Of a stretch of DNA of 64,000 nucleotides, positions 26,395 through 39,035 are shown in pieces. The translations under genes were made by a program, and so were the position numbers. Origin of the DNA: Sphyrna mokarran. Taxonomy: Eukaryota. Each line of letters begins with the position of its first letter. Position 1 is the first letter of the stretch. The stretch lies in NCBI GenBank assembly GCA_024679065.1, contig JAGIQG010000010.1:62930001-62994000 (forward strand), read 5' to 3'. Below the pieces are notes generated by a model. That model searched no databases, was not told where the DNA came from, and was given only the letters and a program-made list of their open reading frames with translations.

Positions 26395-28912
26395 GTTGTT
26401 GTGTATTCAGAATATCTTTTCACTCTAACTCTGAACAATCTGTCCTTGGTAAGGGCCTCAGCTTCATCCCCTTACATTCTCAATGAGTTTTAAGGCATAA
26501 TGCTACTAGTCTGTTGTATCCCATGCCCAATTCTTTGTCTAGGAGTTCTCCCCAGCAGAGCAGATCCTTTTACCTAGCCACAGTAATCTCTCTCTACCAG
26601 GGCAATCACTTTTGGGGACATAGATTTAAGGTAAGGGGAGGAGATTTAGAGGTGATACAGAAGATGGTGGGAATCTGGAACTGAGTGGTAGAGGTCGGAA
26701 CCCTCACAATGTTTAAGAAGCATTTAGATGAGCACTTGAAATGTCATAACATACAAGGCAACAGACCAAATGCTGGAAAATGGGATTAGAATAAATAGGT
26801 GTTCGATGGCCAGCACAGATATGATAGGCTAAAGGGCCTCTTTCTGTGCTGTGGGAATAGCTGGTGTCACATCCCTTTGAACCTGTTGCACTCTGCTTCC
26901 TCAGGTTCAACTTTAACATTATCATCAAACCTGTTGATAAGATGGATACTGTTGACATCTAATAAGCCAAACTCCACTTTGCAGAGACCAATTGCCAACT
27001 CACCGATACTTCCTCCGACCTTCTTTGGCCCATTATCTCACCACTGCACCATCATCTCCTGGTCTGTCATTGACCTCATCACCTCTGGAGACTTTCCCGC
27101 CATTGTTTCCCAATATACACAGCCTGCTTCTACAACCTTCCAAAGGTCTATAAACTGAATGACGTTGATCAACCTATTGATTCAACTTATTTCTGCCTCA
27201 CCAAACTGATTTCTTCCTACCGACTGTACTAATTTCTCCTGTGCTCAGCCTCTTCCCACCTCCATTTGTGTCTCTTCCGATGCTGCCCACCACTTTAAAT
27301 CCTCCCAATTTTCTGGCCCTAACCATCTCCTTTTTGTCATGGTTGCCCAATCTCCTGACAACACCAGTCCTCCTTCCACCGGGATGGTGTGTGCAAACTC
27401 TGCTTCATCCTTGAATAAAGGCCCAGCCACTTTCCATCTACCACTACTCTCCTCTGCCTGACTGAAATTCTCACATTGAACAACTTCTCCTTTAACTCAT
27501 TTACTATCTCCAAATAGCAGGCATTATTATGGGTACCTGCATGGACTTTATGTCAGTCTTTTGAAGGATATGTGGAACATTTCTTGCTCCAGTTTTACTA
27601 GGCTTCCGCCCTCAATTCTGTTTCATTCATGATTGTATCATTGCTGCTTCCTGCTCTCATCCTGGAATAGGAAATTTCATCCATTTTGCTTCTGATTTCC
27701 AACCTCTCACCTGCATATGGTTCATCTCCAAATCTTTCATTCCCTTCCTCAGCTGCTCTGTCTCCACTTCTGTGATGGGCCACCAACTAATAATCATTAT
27801 AAACTCACTGACTCCCATAGCCACCTTGACTATCCTTCTTCACTGTTAAGACTCCATTCCATTCTTCCAGTTCCTCTATTTCCATCACATCTGTTTTGAT
27901 GATGCATCCTTCCTTACCAACTCTCCTGATATGTCTTCTTTATCGTCACCTGAAGACATGGTGAACAGAATCCTTGATTCTGTCAATCTCACTTACTGCA
28001 TTTTTGTTCTCATCCCTTTCTTCAAAGAACACATTAGGCTTCCTCTTGTCCTCACCTCCACTAATTTTCATATTCAATGGATTATGGTCTACCATTCTTG
28101 CTACCCAGCATGATGCAACCTCTATACACACCTTCCCCTTTCCTCCAAAGGAGCTGTTCCCTCAGTGATATCCTTATCAACTCCTCAACCATCTCCAACA
28201 TCCCTTTGCTTACCTCCTTTCCAGGCAGAGGCAAAAGCTAAACATCTACTCCTTCCTCTCTCTTCATCATCAAGATGCCAACCATTCCTTCCAGGCATAA
28301 GAACAGAAAAACATATTTATCCTTCAATTCAGTTTCCTGTATTCACTGCCCAAAGAGATGCCAGCTCTACCTTGGGAGACCAAACATGGATTGAATAAAT
28401 GCTTTATAGGACACCCCCATTCAGTCTGCAAGTTTGATCACAGGTTTCCAGTTCCTTTCCAATTTGCTCTTGTGCTGATTTCTCTGCCCTCAGCCTGCTG
28501 TAGTTCTTCATGTAAGCTTGAGTAACAGCATCTCATATTTTGATAAAACACATGGCAGTCTTCCAGCTCAACATTCAGTTCAATAATTTCAGACTGTTAT
28601 CTGTACTCACATTTTGTTTCCTTTCTCTTTGCAGGTTTCAGTTTTACGCTCATTTTTCTCTTGCTTTTGCTTTCAGAGAGCAGTTGTTCATCATTCTGCC
28701 ATGCACACCTCCTCTAGACACATCTTTTGTCTCTATGCTTGTCCCTTTTGTTCTGCACCATTAATTATTTTGTTATTTAATCTTTGCTGTCTTCCATCCT
28801 TTTCACTGGCTTAGAACCTATTACATTCCTAACCTTTTCCAGTCCTGCTGAGAATTTTCAGCAATTTCTGTTTTTATTTCAGATTTTCTGCATCCACTGT
28901 AATTTGCTTTAA
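26395..28912 (+). mobile_element. Decayed near-full-length Penelope-like element
   Basis: Remnant peptides SEQSVLGKGLSFIPL, IIKPVDK, FYNLPKVYK, GIIMGTCM, YKLTDSHSHLDY; terminal CCTGCTGAGAATTTTCAGCAATTTCTGTTTTTATTTCAG. Confidence 0.85.
26612..26852 (+). mobile_element. CR1 3' fragment nested in the Penelope element
   Basis: GGGGACATAGATTTAAGGTAAG...TTTAAGAAGCATTTAGATGAGCACTTG...GGCTAAAGGGCCTCTTTCTGTGCTGT. Confidence 0.85.
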
Positions 28913-29645
28913 TAGACATGAAAATCAGGTCGTTAGAGAGCAATTTATGTGTTATGAGCATTCAGTTGTATGGTGAACTGATTTCCTTTCTATTGGCTGC
29001 AAGTTTGACTTCTGTCCTATTATGGACTTGCTTTCAGGATTTTCAAGCAGTTAACAAACCTTTCTTCCAAAAATCTGGAAATCATTCCAAAAAATTTGTT
29101 CTCAGTGAGCGACAAATTGTGTGAACCATTCAGAACTGGACCTATCAGACTCAACCTTTCCTTTTCAACCTTCAGATAAGCTCCTAATTTTCCTCGATTT
29201 CATTATCCTCTACACATAATTCATCAGAACATTGTTGCTACCTCCCCTTTTCTTAAATTTCTACTGTATGTTGCTGATTTTAAGTAACCACATTTATATT
29301 GTATTTTTCTCACTTTTTGAGGAATTGGATACCAGAGGCCGTTCACTTTTACAAATGCATATAATTTGTATTCCATTCTCACAGTGCCACCTATTGCAGT
29401 CAAGGGTTTCTTCCCTCTGCACCAGCCAGTTATCCCATCTTTCATTTATCTTTCAACTGCATATTCAGAAGTTGGAGCAGCTATTGGCATGTACTCTTTT
29501 TATATATGGTCATTTTTAGTTCCAGATAACTTATAGATAATAGAAACTTCACTTTCTGCCTGAAAGGGATGACATAAAAGTATCAGTGAGCAGTTCAATC
29601 ATTTCAGTATTGCGTCGAATTTTAAACTTTACTTATTTCAGGAAT

Positions 29646-29787
29646 GGGCAGCATGGTCGTACAGTTGTTAGCACTGCTGCTGCACAGTGCCAGAAACCTG
29701 GATTCAATTCTGGCCTTGGGTCAGTGTCTGTGTGGAGTTTGCACGTTTTTGGGTTTTCCCTGGGTGCTCTGGTTTCCTCCCACAGTC
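29646..29787 (+). mobile_element. 5' half of a tRNA-derived SINE
   Basis: GGGCAGCATGG...TTAGCACTGCTG...GTGTGGAGTTTGCAC...GGTTTCCTCCCACAGTC. Confidence 0.85.
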
Positions 29788-29855
29788 ATGATGTAAAGAT
29801 GCCGGCGTTGGACTGAGGTGGTAAGAACTCAGTAAGAATTTAGCAATACCAATTT
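29788..29855 (-). mobile_element. Penelope terminal tail, same family as the 41.8-kb palindrome
   Basis: GATGCCGGCGTTGGACTGAGGTGGTAAGAACTCAGTAAGAATTTAGCAATACCAATTT is near-identical to 41843-41900. Confidence 0.85.
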
Positions 29856-30032
29856 TAGAATTTCTAGAAAAGCAGAAAAGAAATGCAGAAAAGCATTTCT
29901 TCAGTCCTGAACTGAGATTTCAACCAAAATCACAGGGCACTGTGATCGCTGTGTTATAGTACTGCCCATAAGTCAAACTAAAGCTAGAGAAATCAATATG
30001 ATTCTATTTGTTTCAAAAACATATAGATTAGA

Positions 30033-30361
30033 GGCAGCACGGTGGGCATAGTGGTTAGCACTGCTGTTTCACAATGCTAGGGACCCAGGTTCAATTCCAG
30101 ACTTGGATGACTATCTGTGTGCAGTTTGCACATTGTCTGCGTGGATTTTCTCTTGGTGTTCCAGTTTCTTCCCACAGTGCAAAGAATTGCAAGTTTGGTG
30201 GATTGGCCATGCTAACGGTCCCAAGAAGTGTAGGTTAGGGAGACTAGTGAGGTAAATATATGGGGTTACGGACGATAGGGCTGAGCTAGATAATCTTTCT
30301 GTGAGTTGGTGCAAACTCAATGGGCCAAATGGCCTGCTTCTGCACTGTCAGGATTCAATGA
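30033..30361 (+). mobile_element. tRNA-derived SINE (HE1-like), full length
   Basis: Head GGCAGCACGGTGG...GTGGTTAGCACTGCTG; tail ATGGGCCAAATGGCCTGCTTCTGCACTG. Confidence 0.9.
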
Positions 30362-31207
30362 CATCAGACATTTCTGTGAGCAATATTAGCTTCCATAGAC
30401 TAGTATGACAGACAGCTTTATTTTCAACACCTCATTATTTTACTCTATTATTTTGGTGAAGAATTTATTATTTTCTCTATTCCTGTTTATTGTAGATTGA
30501 CAACTATATTATCATTACCCAAAGACTGGGCTTATTGATGGAGCTCTCTAACAGGTTATAGCAGATTTATCATCCTTCAATTATCATCCCTTACTCCTAA
30601 GGTGGCCTATTTCAGTGCACTACCTTTTCTCAATGACTTGATTTATAGATGCAAACTTCTGTCTTAGTAATCCTTGGCATCGTACATTGGAACTGAATTG
30701 TGTTTCACTCCCTGGTGTCCTTGAAATCCTTAAGATTTCCTGTAACAGCAAATCAAAATGATGGTGCGATGCGGTTTTAATTGTCTGCCATTTAATAAAT
30801 TATCATTACATTTATTTTGTGCTCAAGCTGTGCTTGCCTCATTGTAGCTTTTTATACCACAATATTGTTATCAGATTTACCATTTGTTTTTAAGATACCA
30901 AAACAATTCCATCAATTTTTCTCTTCCTTCTGAAGATGCATTGCAATGTGGATTTGAATAAATTTAGTGAAGTAAGCCTCATCTCTGTCCTCTCCAACAT
31001 TCATAGTCAACATGCAATGTTTTAATTTGCTGAATGAAAGTGGAACCAACAACTGGTGGCAGAATTTCCATTCCTATCAATAATGACATGTGGCATTGTC
31101 AATATTCAGAGTTGGTGCAAGTACTTGAAAGAAATAATTATCTTTTCTATGAGGGTGCAAGCCAATGACTCAGTTAGTCCTAATTCCTGAGGATGGAGGA
31201 CAGAAAA

Positions 31208-31508
31208 TTTAAAGTTTTAAAGTTTATTTATTAGTGTCTCAGATAGGCTTACATTAACACTGTAATGAAGTTACTGTGAAAATTCCTTAGTCACTACTCT
31301 CTGGCATCTGTTTGGGTACCTTGAGGGAGAATTTAGCATAGCCAATGCACCTAACAGCATGCCTTTTGGATTGTGGGAGAAAACAGGAGCACCTGGATGA
31401 AACTCACACAGGCACAGGGAGAATGTGCAAACACCGCCTAACCAGGAATCAAACCCACGACTCTGGCACTGTCAAAAAAGAAGTATTAACCACCGTGCTA
31501 CCATGCTG
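31208..31508 (-). mobile_element. tRNA-derived SINE
   Basis: Reverse complement of the 35443-35750 family with AAAGTTT tail repeats. Confidence 0.9.
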
Positions 31509-34500
31509 CTGAAAACAGGACTCCCATGTTTACTGAGCAAGTTTTCTGCATTAATCCTTAAAGATTTAAGAAAAATAGCAAAATTGTCAGTCAATCACTC
31601 AGATTGAACTAAATGCATGCAGATACAGTTTCACATAATCGTGTTATTTTTCAATATTTGAACCTTTTTTATTTCTACCTGCTGTATGGTATGTTGTAAT
31701 TAAATTGCAATTTAATGAGTTTTGGTGAATCAGAAACTAAAATGCATCATATCAGTTCAAATTTCATTGGCAGTAAGTGTGGCACACTCACTGTGTATGA
31801 ATAAGGATACTATTTGCAATTCAAGAAGTAAAATAACAACTTTTCCACACACCCTCCAAAAACAAAGCAGCAAAAACTTTAGGCTTTCAAATGTATATAT
31901 CATTTGCTGACTATTTAGTAGATGAATAAAGTATATCTGTCTCTGTCGTAATGTTTGATTTATTTCATGTATTTTCAAATGATTGGAACACTGTTTAAAA
32001 ATGTTAAACACTTCTATAATGCCAACCTCCCTATGAAATATTTGAACTTTTGCAAACAAGGTAGTAACATTCACATTTGTAGCATCACTTAATTTTATCA
32101 CAAATGTATTATGAAGTATTACAAAGTAACGTTGAGGTGAAAAAATGCAATGGGAAAACAAACCTCCAAAGGTTTAATTTGTTTGAAAATAAATCCTTTC
32201 AGTTGAAGGGATTTGGTGATTTAATTTGTTGGGAACAGCTTCATTAAAGTGAAGTTGGGCAGTTGGCTTGTGTCGGGACAATGAATGGTTTTAGATCAGT
32301 CCTTGCCCATTTATTGCCAACAAAATGTTGCTCTGCAATTTGTCAATAGTACATGATGGAAACAGTGCTGTGCTCCATAAAGGACATCTGAGATTTGAGT
32401 AAACAGGGTAAGCATTGGTCCATTTTTATAACCAATCAGGTTGAAGCATTTGCAAAAGATTATGAGAAAGAAAGCAATGAGACATAGAGAAAAGGTTACA
32501 AAAATAAATCTCTAATGATGATTGAAACCCAAAAGAATAAGGTTGTATACTTGAAATAGATTTAGTGATAGAGAGGTTGACTGGCAATAATTAAGACTTA
32601 TCAGATTGTTAAATGGTTACTTGGACTTGAGTGACTTGATTTAACTTTGTGGGATGTTTATTTCTTAAGAAATGTGTATATACAGAAACTTCCCATTGCT
32701 CAATGTATTCGAATGAGGAGTCAGAATGTGAATGCCATATCCATGAAATTAACCGTGGATCATCAGTTCTCCAACAGCACGCTTTTGATTTCTGCAATTA
32801 ATTACACAGCTACCCTTTTCTTAATTTACTTTGGAATCGACACATAAATCTTTGTATTAATAATAACTGTAATTTTGACAGAAATGTTTGGCCCAATGTC
32901 TTGGTGAGGACAATGATCTTAAAATTTCAAGTTACCACTCAGCGCATAGTATTTTATTGCCTCAAGCTTTATTATGCAGGCCGATCAAAATAATTGATTG
33001 CACGTGTAAACATGCGTATGTGCATTTTCCTGAACGGCTTCCACAATAGTATAATCTATTTTGCTACAACTGTAATTATGCAGTTATATCACTTCCATTC
33101 TGCTTGAGAATGTTGCTGCTGTAAATTTTTTTATCGTTTGTAGTCATTTGCCTAATCATTTGGCAACAGTGATAATGACAGATCACAGCATCTTAATATT
33201 TCTGATCATAACAATATTTCTGGTCATTAGCATTGAAATTCTAGATCAAATAGTAAAGAGTGAATAAGAAAAGGATGTTACACAATCACCAAGTAGCAGA
33301 AGAGAGAACAAGAACACTTTAAGTTTTATTTTATCTAAGCCCTTCATGCTTCTAGAATTGCCAATAATAACATTATTAACATCTCTTACTTATGTAGTAT
33401 GTACACAATGTGATAAATTAAAACGTTTAAAATATCGTTGCATACTTGAATGACTATTTTTCAGGGTCTTTAAAAACCATTCTGCTATTAACAAATCTAA
33501 ATTATAGGTGATGTGAAGTGTTTTCAGGTAGGCAAATAAAAGTTATTGCGCATTACTGAAAAGATTAAATGACTAGACTTTCAGCAGATTATTAGTTACT
33601 CATTTTACTGTATATATAACATATGTAGCATTCAAATCAGAATGAGGACTACATATTCTTATAACACCATCAACTCAACAGAGTTTCTTTTGTCAGACAT
33701 CAAAGTGAAGTTAAATCTACATTATTATTAAAAGCCATGCCAACAGACAACTGGGAACAATCAAATCCAACACTTTGGAGGAATGTAATTGAATTTCTAC
33801 ACCAAAAATAAAAGCAGAACAGTTCATTTGCCATTTAATGTTAATTAAACAATACATTTGCTGTCCCATGCATTTGTCTAATTCAACATAGTATTCAATA
33901 TTTAAAATTGAAAGACACTATTGCAAAGAAAGCATGAATATATTAAACACATAAAAGTTATTCAGTACCCAAAGGGTTTATATGGAGTAATGCATGCTTG
34001 CATATTTACAAAACAACTTTTAGAGTCAAAGCCTGTAATTACAGGCCAATCACTCAACACAGAGCTCTTGAACCCATTAAAGTTTGGGCATGGTTGGTCA
34101 AAGATTTGGGTCAGATGTCAAGGTCACATATTTCAGCAAATCTGGTTCCAGGCATTTTTCAAACTGTTCCAAAGCTAAACTTTGTTTCAAAAATTATGGA
34201 TACCTGGAAATGATTATAAAGCAGTAATCTAATTGAGGGGTTCAGATGATATCATAAACCATGGCGACTGAAGCTCCAGGACTTCATAATCATCAGATGA
34301 ACCCCAAGATTGCAATTGTAAAATAGGTTGCTGGTGTATTTTTGTTATGTTTCTAGTTTATCAGCTTTACTTTCATGTGAGTGTCTGTGTTAGTGGGGGG
34401 TTGATGGAGTTAGTTGGGCGGGGGGGGGCAGTGTCGGGGCAAGGATGGATGCTGGTTAGGGGTGGTGGGGTTAAAGTATCCTGTTTTTGTTCAGGTTTTG

Positions 34501-34834
34501 TGCCGTAGCAGCTGTCATTACAAACAGCAATGCTAGTGTGCTGTAGGTCATTGATGCATGATGGTATTCACATAAGAGGATTAGTAATTGTGACATAATT
34601 GTTACAGGATTATTTGAAATAATGTGCAAATGATTACTGGGAAATTCATGTCCAGTGTCTATTATTATTATTTTTATTAAAAATATCTTGGTCCTAAAAT
34701 TAAGCTGTGGTTATTTTACTGTTAACATCCCTGCTGAAATTGTGAGAAGGAAAATCTGTGTTATATATTTGCATATTAGTATTGCACCGCTTCTTTTTAG
34801 GATCTTTGTGCCTTTAATGTTGCATATCATGTTG

Positions 34835-35435
34835 CCTATAGACATATAGGCCATTTCCCTACCCCGTCAGCCATTCCAGTACTGAACTAGATCTTTACTT
34901 TAACTCAATTTATGCCTGACATCCCTTGAAAATTCTTCCCTATCAAAAATCTATTAATCTCATTCTTAAAAGATTCCATTGATCCCAGCATCACCAGTCT
35001 CTTGAGTAGAATGTACCAGATATCTACTCCTCTTTCTATGTGAAAATACTTCCTGATTTCATTGTTAAATTGCCTAGCTTAGATTATACTCCATTGTTTT
35101 GGATACACCTCACTGGAGGAAATAATTTCTCTGCATCTGTCCAATCAAATATTTTTTCATTTTAATGATATCAATTAGATTTGCCCTCTCCCCTTCCCAG
35201 TCCCAATAATATACTACATACAAGGAACACAGATCATGTTTATTCAACTGTCCTCACAATTTAATTCTTAAATCTTGGTATCATTATATACTAATACATA
35301 TTATTACAATAAATCAAATCAAATCAAAATTCTGATGAATCTATATTGTAAACCAATAAGGCTGAGGATAGATCCAAAACTGAAAGAATGTGAGGTCTGA
35401 CCAAGGCTCCATAAAACTGAAATATCACTTTCTCA
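34835..35435 (-). mobile_element. Old CR1 3' remnant containing a short Rex1/Babar-type tail at ~35285-35330
   Basis: Diverged similarity to 22365-22800; internal (TCAAA)n tail. Confidence 0.6.
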
Positions 35436-35442
35436 CTTATTT

Positions 35443-35750
35443 GGGGTGGCACAGTGGCACAGTTGTTAATACTGCTGCCTCACATTGCTAGGGACCTGGG
35501 TTCAATTCTCAGCTTAGGCCACTGTCTCTATGGAGTCTACACATTCTCCCTGCGTCTGCATGGGTTTGCTTTAGGTGCTCCAGTTTCCTCCCACAGTCTC
35601 AAAGGTGTGCTGGTTAGATGCATTGGCCATGTTAAATTCTCCCTCGGTGTACCTGAACAGGCGCCAGAGTGTTGCAACTGGAGGATTTTCACAGTAATTG
35701 AATTGCAGTGTTAATGTAAACCTAGACACTAATAATAAATGAACTTTATT
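35443..35750 (+). mobile_element. tRNA-derived SINE, full length
   Basis: GGGGTGGCACAGTGGCACAG head, core and GGATTTTCACAGTAA...GCAGTGTTAATGTAA tail. Confidence 0.9.
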
Positions 35751-36215
35751 TAATGTTTTTGTGACCTTTTAGCATTGCTGGTCGTTTTATGTTAAAATAT
35801 ACTTTGCATAAACCTATCAGTTCCTAAAACTGATTGATATTAATCATGCAGTTCCATGTTCAAACTAAATCCCACATGATTGCATAGACAGCCATTTCTC
35901 ACTTCAATTTTTAAGTTTCCTGTTTTTAATTATCTTGAGCAACATTCTTCTTGAATTCTCTGTCCAAAAACAGGTTCAACACACAGTGCTGCAATCTCTA
36001 ACACAGATGGGGCAAGGAAGCAGATCTGAGAATGGGGATCAGACCCCATGCAGTGGCAACAACATGATTCATACCAGCCATCCAGACATCCAATTTTCAG
36101 AAGAAGTGTAGCATAATGTAGCCCTGAAACAATGGACAATTATAGTAGAGGCTCTAATTTCTTTCTGTTCCACTGCTGACCAAGCATCTCGCCCACTTTT
36201 TCTACCTGCTGTTGA

Positions 36216-36547
36216 TGTATGTGGGAAATATTAGAATATAATCAGTGATAACATTGGATTTGTTGTAATATGACCAATGGTAACAAGTTGTTAGGGTCAG
36301 CTGATCTAGTAAACCATGTAACCAATGACAGAATGATATGATGATCAGTTGACCAGCTGACTCAGTATAAATTAGAACTTATTGGGACTTATGGGGAGCT
36401 TGGGATGATCCAGAGTGAGGTCTCAAGTTGGAGTAATGAAGTTTCTTTACTAAACCTTTTCTTTGATTTATAAGTTGTAGTAAGTTTTGTTATATTTTTA
36501 TTGTCTACGATAAAGATATCCTTCTGGATGAACAGGAAGGATTTACA
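36216..36547 (+). mobile_element. Candidate solo LTR
   Basis: TG...CA ends; two CCAAT boxes, TATAAA and ACTAAA in LTR order; GTTGA on both flanks (one base offset at the 3' side). Confidence 0.4.
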
Positions 36548-38126
36548 AGTTGATACTCAACCTGCTTGGCCACATAACGAATGAATCTATCTTGACCATC
36601 AAGCCCTGGAGTATGACCTGAACATAGAGCCTCTGGCTCAGAGCATGGATGCTATCCACAAGAAACTCTAGCACTCTCTCCTTTCCTAAGTTAGCCAAAG
36701 CTCAAGCAGCATTATCTCTCTGCCCTTCCTGACCCAGGTTTCACCACAGAACCTTCAATTCCAAAATAGTTACTTCACACTGTTTGCCCAAGCCATTCCT
36801 GACTCATAAGAGCTTTTCTACAATGACTTTCCAGAATTAGGGTTAGATTTTCCTGGATTTGGGAAACTCCACCGACCTTTAAAAATGTGAAGGGTAGCAT
36901 AGGGACATTTTCATTTTAACCAGCAGGGTATGGGAGCTGGATATGATCCCCACAAGGAAGAAACCCAAACTCAGTAGGGCCATTTACACTTAGCGCTGAG
37001 TTCAAACAGATCTCATTTTAGCTGTTACAAGGGCCTTAATCTGAAATGTGGGCATTACAAATTGAGTAGATGTAACTGCTCTTAAAACGTGGGTAAGGTC
37101 TGCATAACTGTCATCATCTGAAGTTTTTTTTTAAAATCTCCCATTCCATTGAATGTAAAAAAAATAGTGATTATCAAACAAAAGTCCCCTGGACTGCTTT
37201 GCTCAACCGGCCAGCTGGGGTAGCACCTTTTAAACAACTTCAACAATGTCCTTTTATTGATCATCATAAATGCTTGATCGAGCTTCAAAAGCTACAATAT
37301 CTCTGCAGGAGGTTCTGTATTCACAGTTTGATAGACTGATTTAAAAATGCTATGATACGATATAGGGCATGAACAGAAATTTGTTTGCTTTTATTATCAA
37401 TTAGCCACTTGAGATTTTAAAGATTAGATGCCTTTTAGTTCAAGCCTTTCAGTATCAAGACTATATGGTGAGATCTATATAGATTTTTAAATTTTCTTTT
37501 TCATTTCCACACGGCCCCTGAGGTATGCCTATCGTGGATATTGTTTGAGTTGGCATTGCATTAGCAAGGAGTGGGTATGATGAGCCATGGCAGATGGTTG
37601 GGGAATGAAGAGGTGAGAAGATGAGAATCTAAAGCCTTCTAAAGCAAATGGGACCAAGTCCCAGAGAACGATGATAAGCTTATAATCAGCCCATCTTGGT
37701 ACTCGTCTGCCCTATGTCCTCATAGCACTTGTTCCCAGGTTTGACGCACATCAACACCCAGTATAGCATTCTTAGGGCAAACTTTATAACTGTTCTTTTT
37801 AGTAAATGCTTTAAGTTTCAGTTTTTTTTAAAACGGAAATTATACAGGGAGATAGCATTCTCTTGCCTTAATTTTCTCTTTGGGGTGTATTCGAGTGTAA
37901 AGCGCATTGGAAAAACATTGACAATTTTAACAACAATTCCAAAATTTTGCATTCATATAACACCCTTGGAAACTTCACAGAAGTAACACTAAACTACATT
38001 TGATACCATGCCACATAAGGCAACATTAAGGCAAATATGCAAAAGCTTGGTGAAAAAGATAGAATTAGGGAGTCCCTTAAGTTAAGAAAGAGAGTTATAA
38101 AGGCAAAGAGTTTGTTGGAACTACTG

Positions 38127-38722
38127 AGGGGCCTCATTCTGCCTCTGCTGCCATTTTACCTGCTGCAAGAGGTGAAAGTTAGGCTTTTACTGCATGGGCT
38201 GCTGTTAAGCAAGAACAGGGGATGAAGAGAATCTCCTTGGGGGAAGTTCACTGTGTCAATCGGAACATTCCCCCAAAATCATACCTCACTTTACCATTCC
38301 CTCCCCCTCCCATGTGCTTCTTAACCTCCCCCCCCCCCCCCACCCCACACACACACACACACACACACACACGTATCCTGCTCCCCACATTGGGGTCTGT
38401 TTTCTAGTCTGTCCAAAATCTCAGACTTACTTTGAAGTCTGAGCTCCAACATTTCTCTTTGAGGATTGCCTGTAATTCCAGCAGTGGTCACTATTTGAAC
38501 TTAGTGCAGCTGAGACTACAGAGCTGCCAGCCAATTGGATTGGCCAGCACTTCTCTAAGGCAGGGCTTCCTCATACATGGCACAGAAGCCTGATCCTGAA
38601 ATAATTAAGGCTTCTCTTGGGGTAAAATGACCTGGCAGTTTGTTTTTAGGTGGACTAACTGTCTGCCAACTTTCTAGTCAGGTGGGGGCGCATGGAATAT
38701 GATATCCTGTAAAATCCAACCC
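38127..38722. mobile_element. Degenerate MITE-like non-autonomous element with internal C-run and (CA)n
   Basis: Ends GGGGCCTCATTCT... and ...GTAAAATCCAACCC resemble the termini of 46195-46330. Confidence 0.35.
38346..38372. repeat. (CA)n microsatellite
   Basis: Seen directly in sequence. Confidence 0.95.
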
Positions 38723-38894
38723 AGTGTTTCTATTGAAATATCAGACAAAATAAGTCATTAAATGTTTAAATGCCAATAATGCAGCGGCTTATTTCAATTT
38801 TTAAAGTTAGGGAAACTTTCAGAAAGCATTCTTTCTGGTTATATCATAGCTTGATATGGCTCCTGCTCTGTCCAAAACCATTAAAAACTACAAA

Positions 38895-39035
38895 GAGGTA
38901 CACCCTAGCTATGACTATATATTCGGCACTTTCACTTTTCCTTCTCTATGGACTGTATACTTTGTCTGTATAGCACACAAGAAACAATACTTTTCACTAT
39001 ATACTAATGTGACAATAATAAATCAAATCAAATCA
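38895..39035 (+). mobile_element. Rex1/Babar-type LINE 3' UTR
   Basis: TTTGTCTGTATAGCACACAAGAAACAATACTTTTCACT...GTGACAATAATAAATCAAATCAAATC. Confidence 0.6.
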
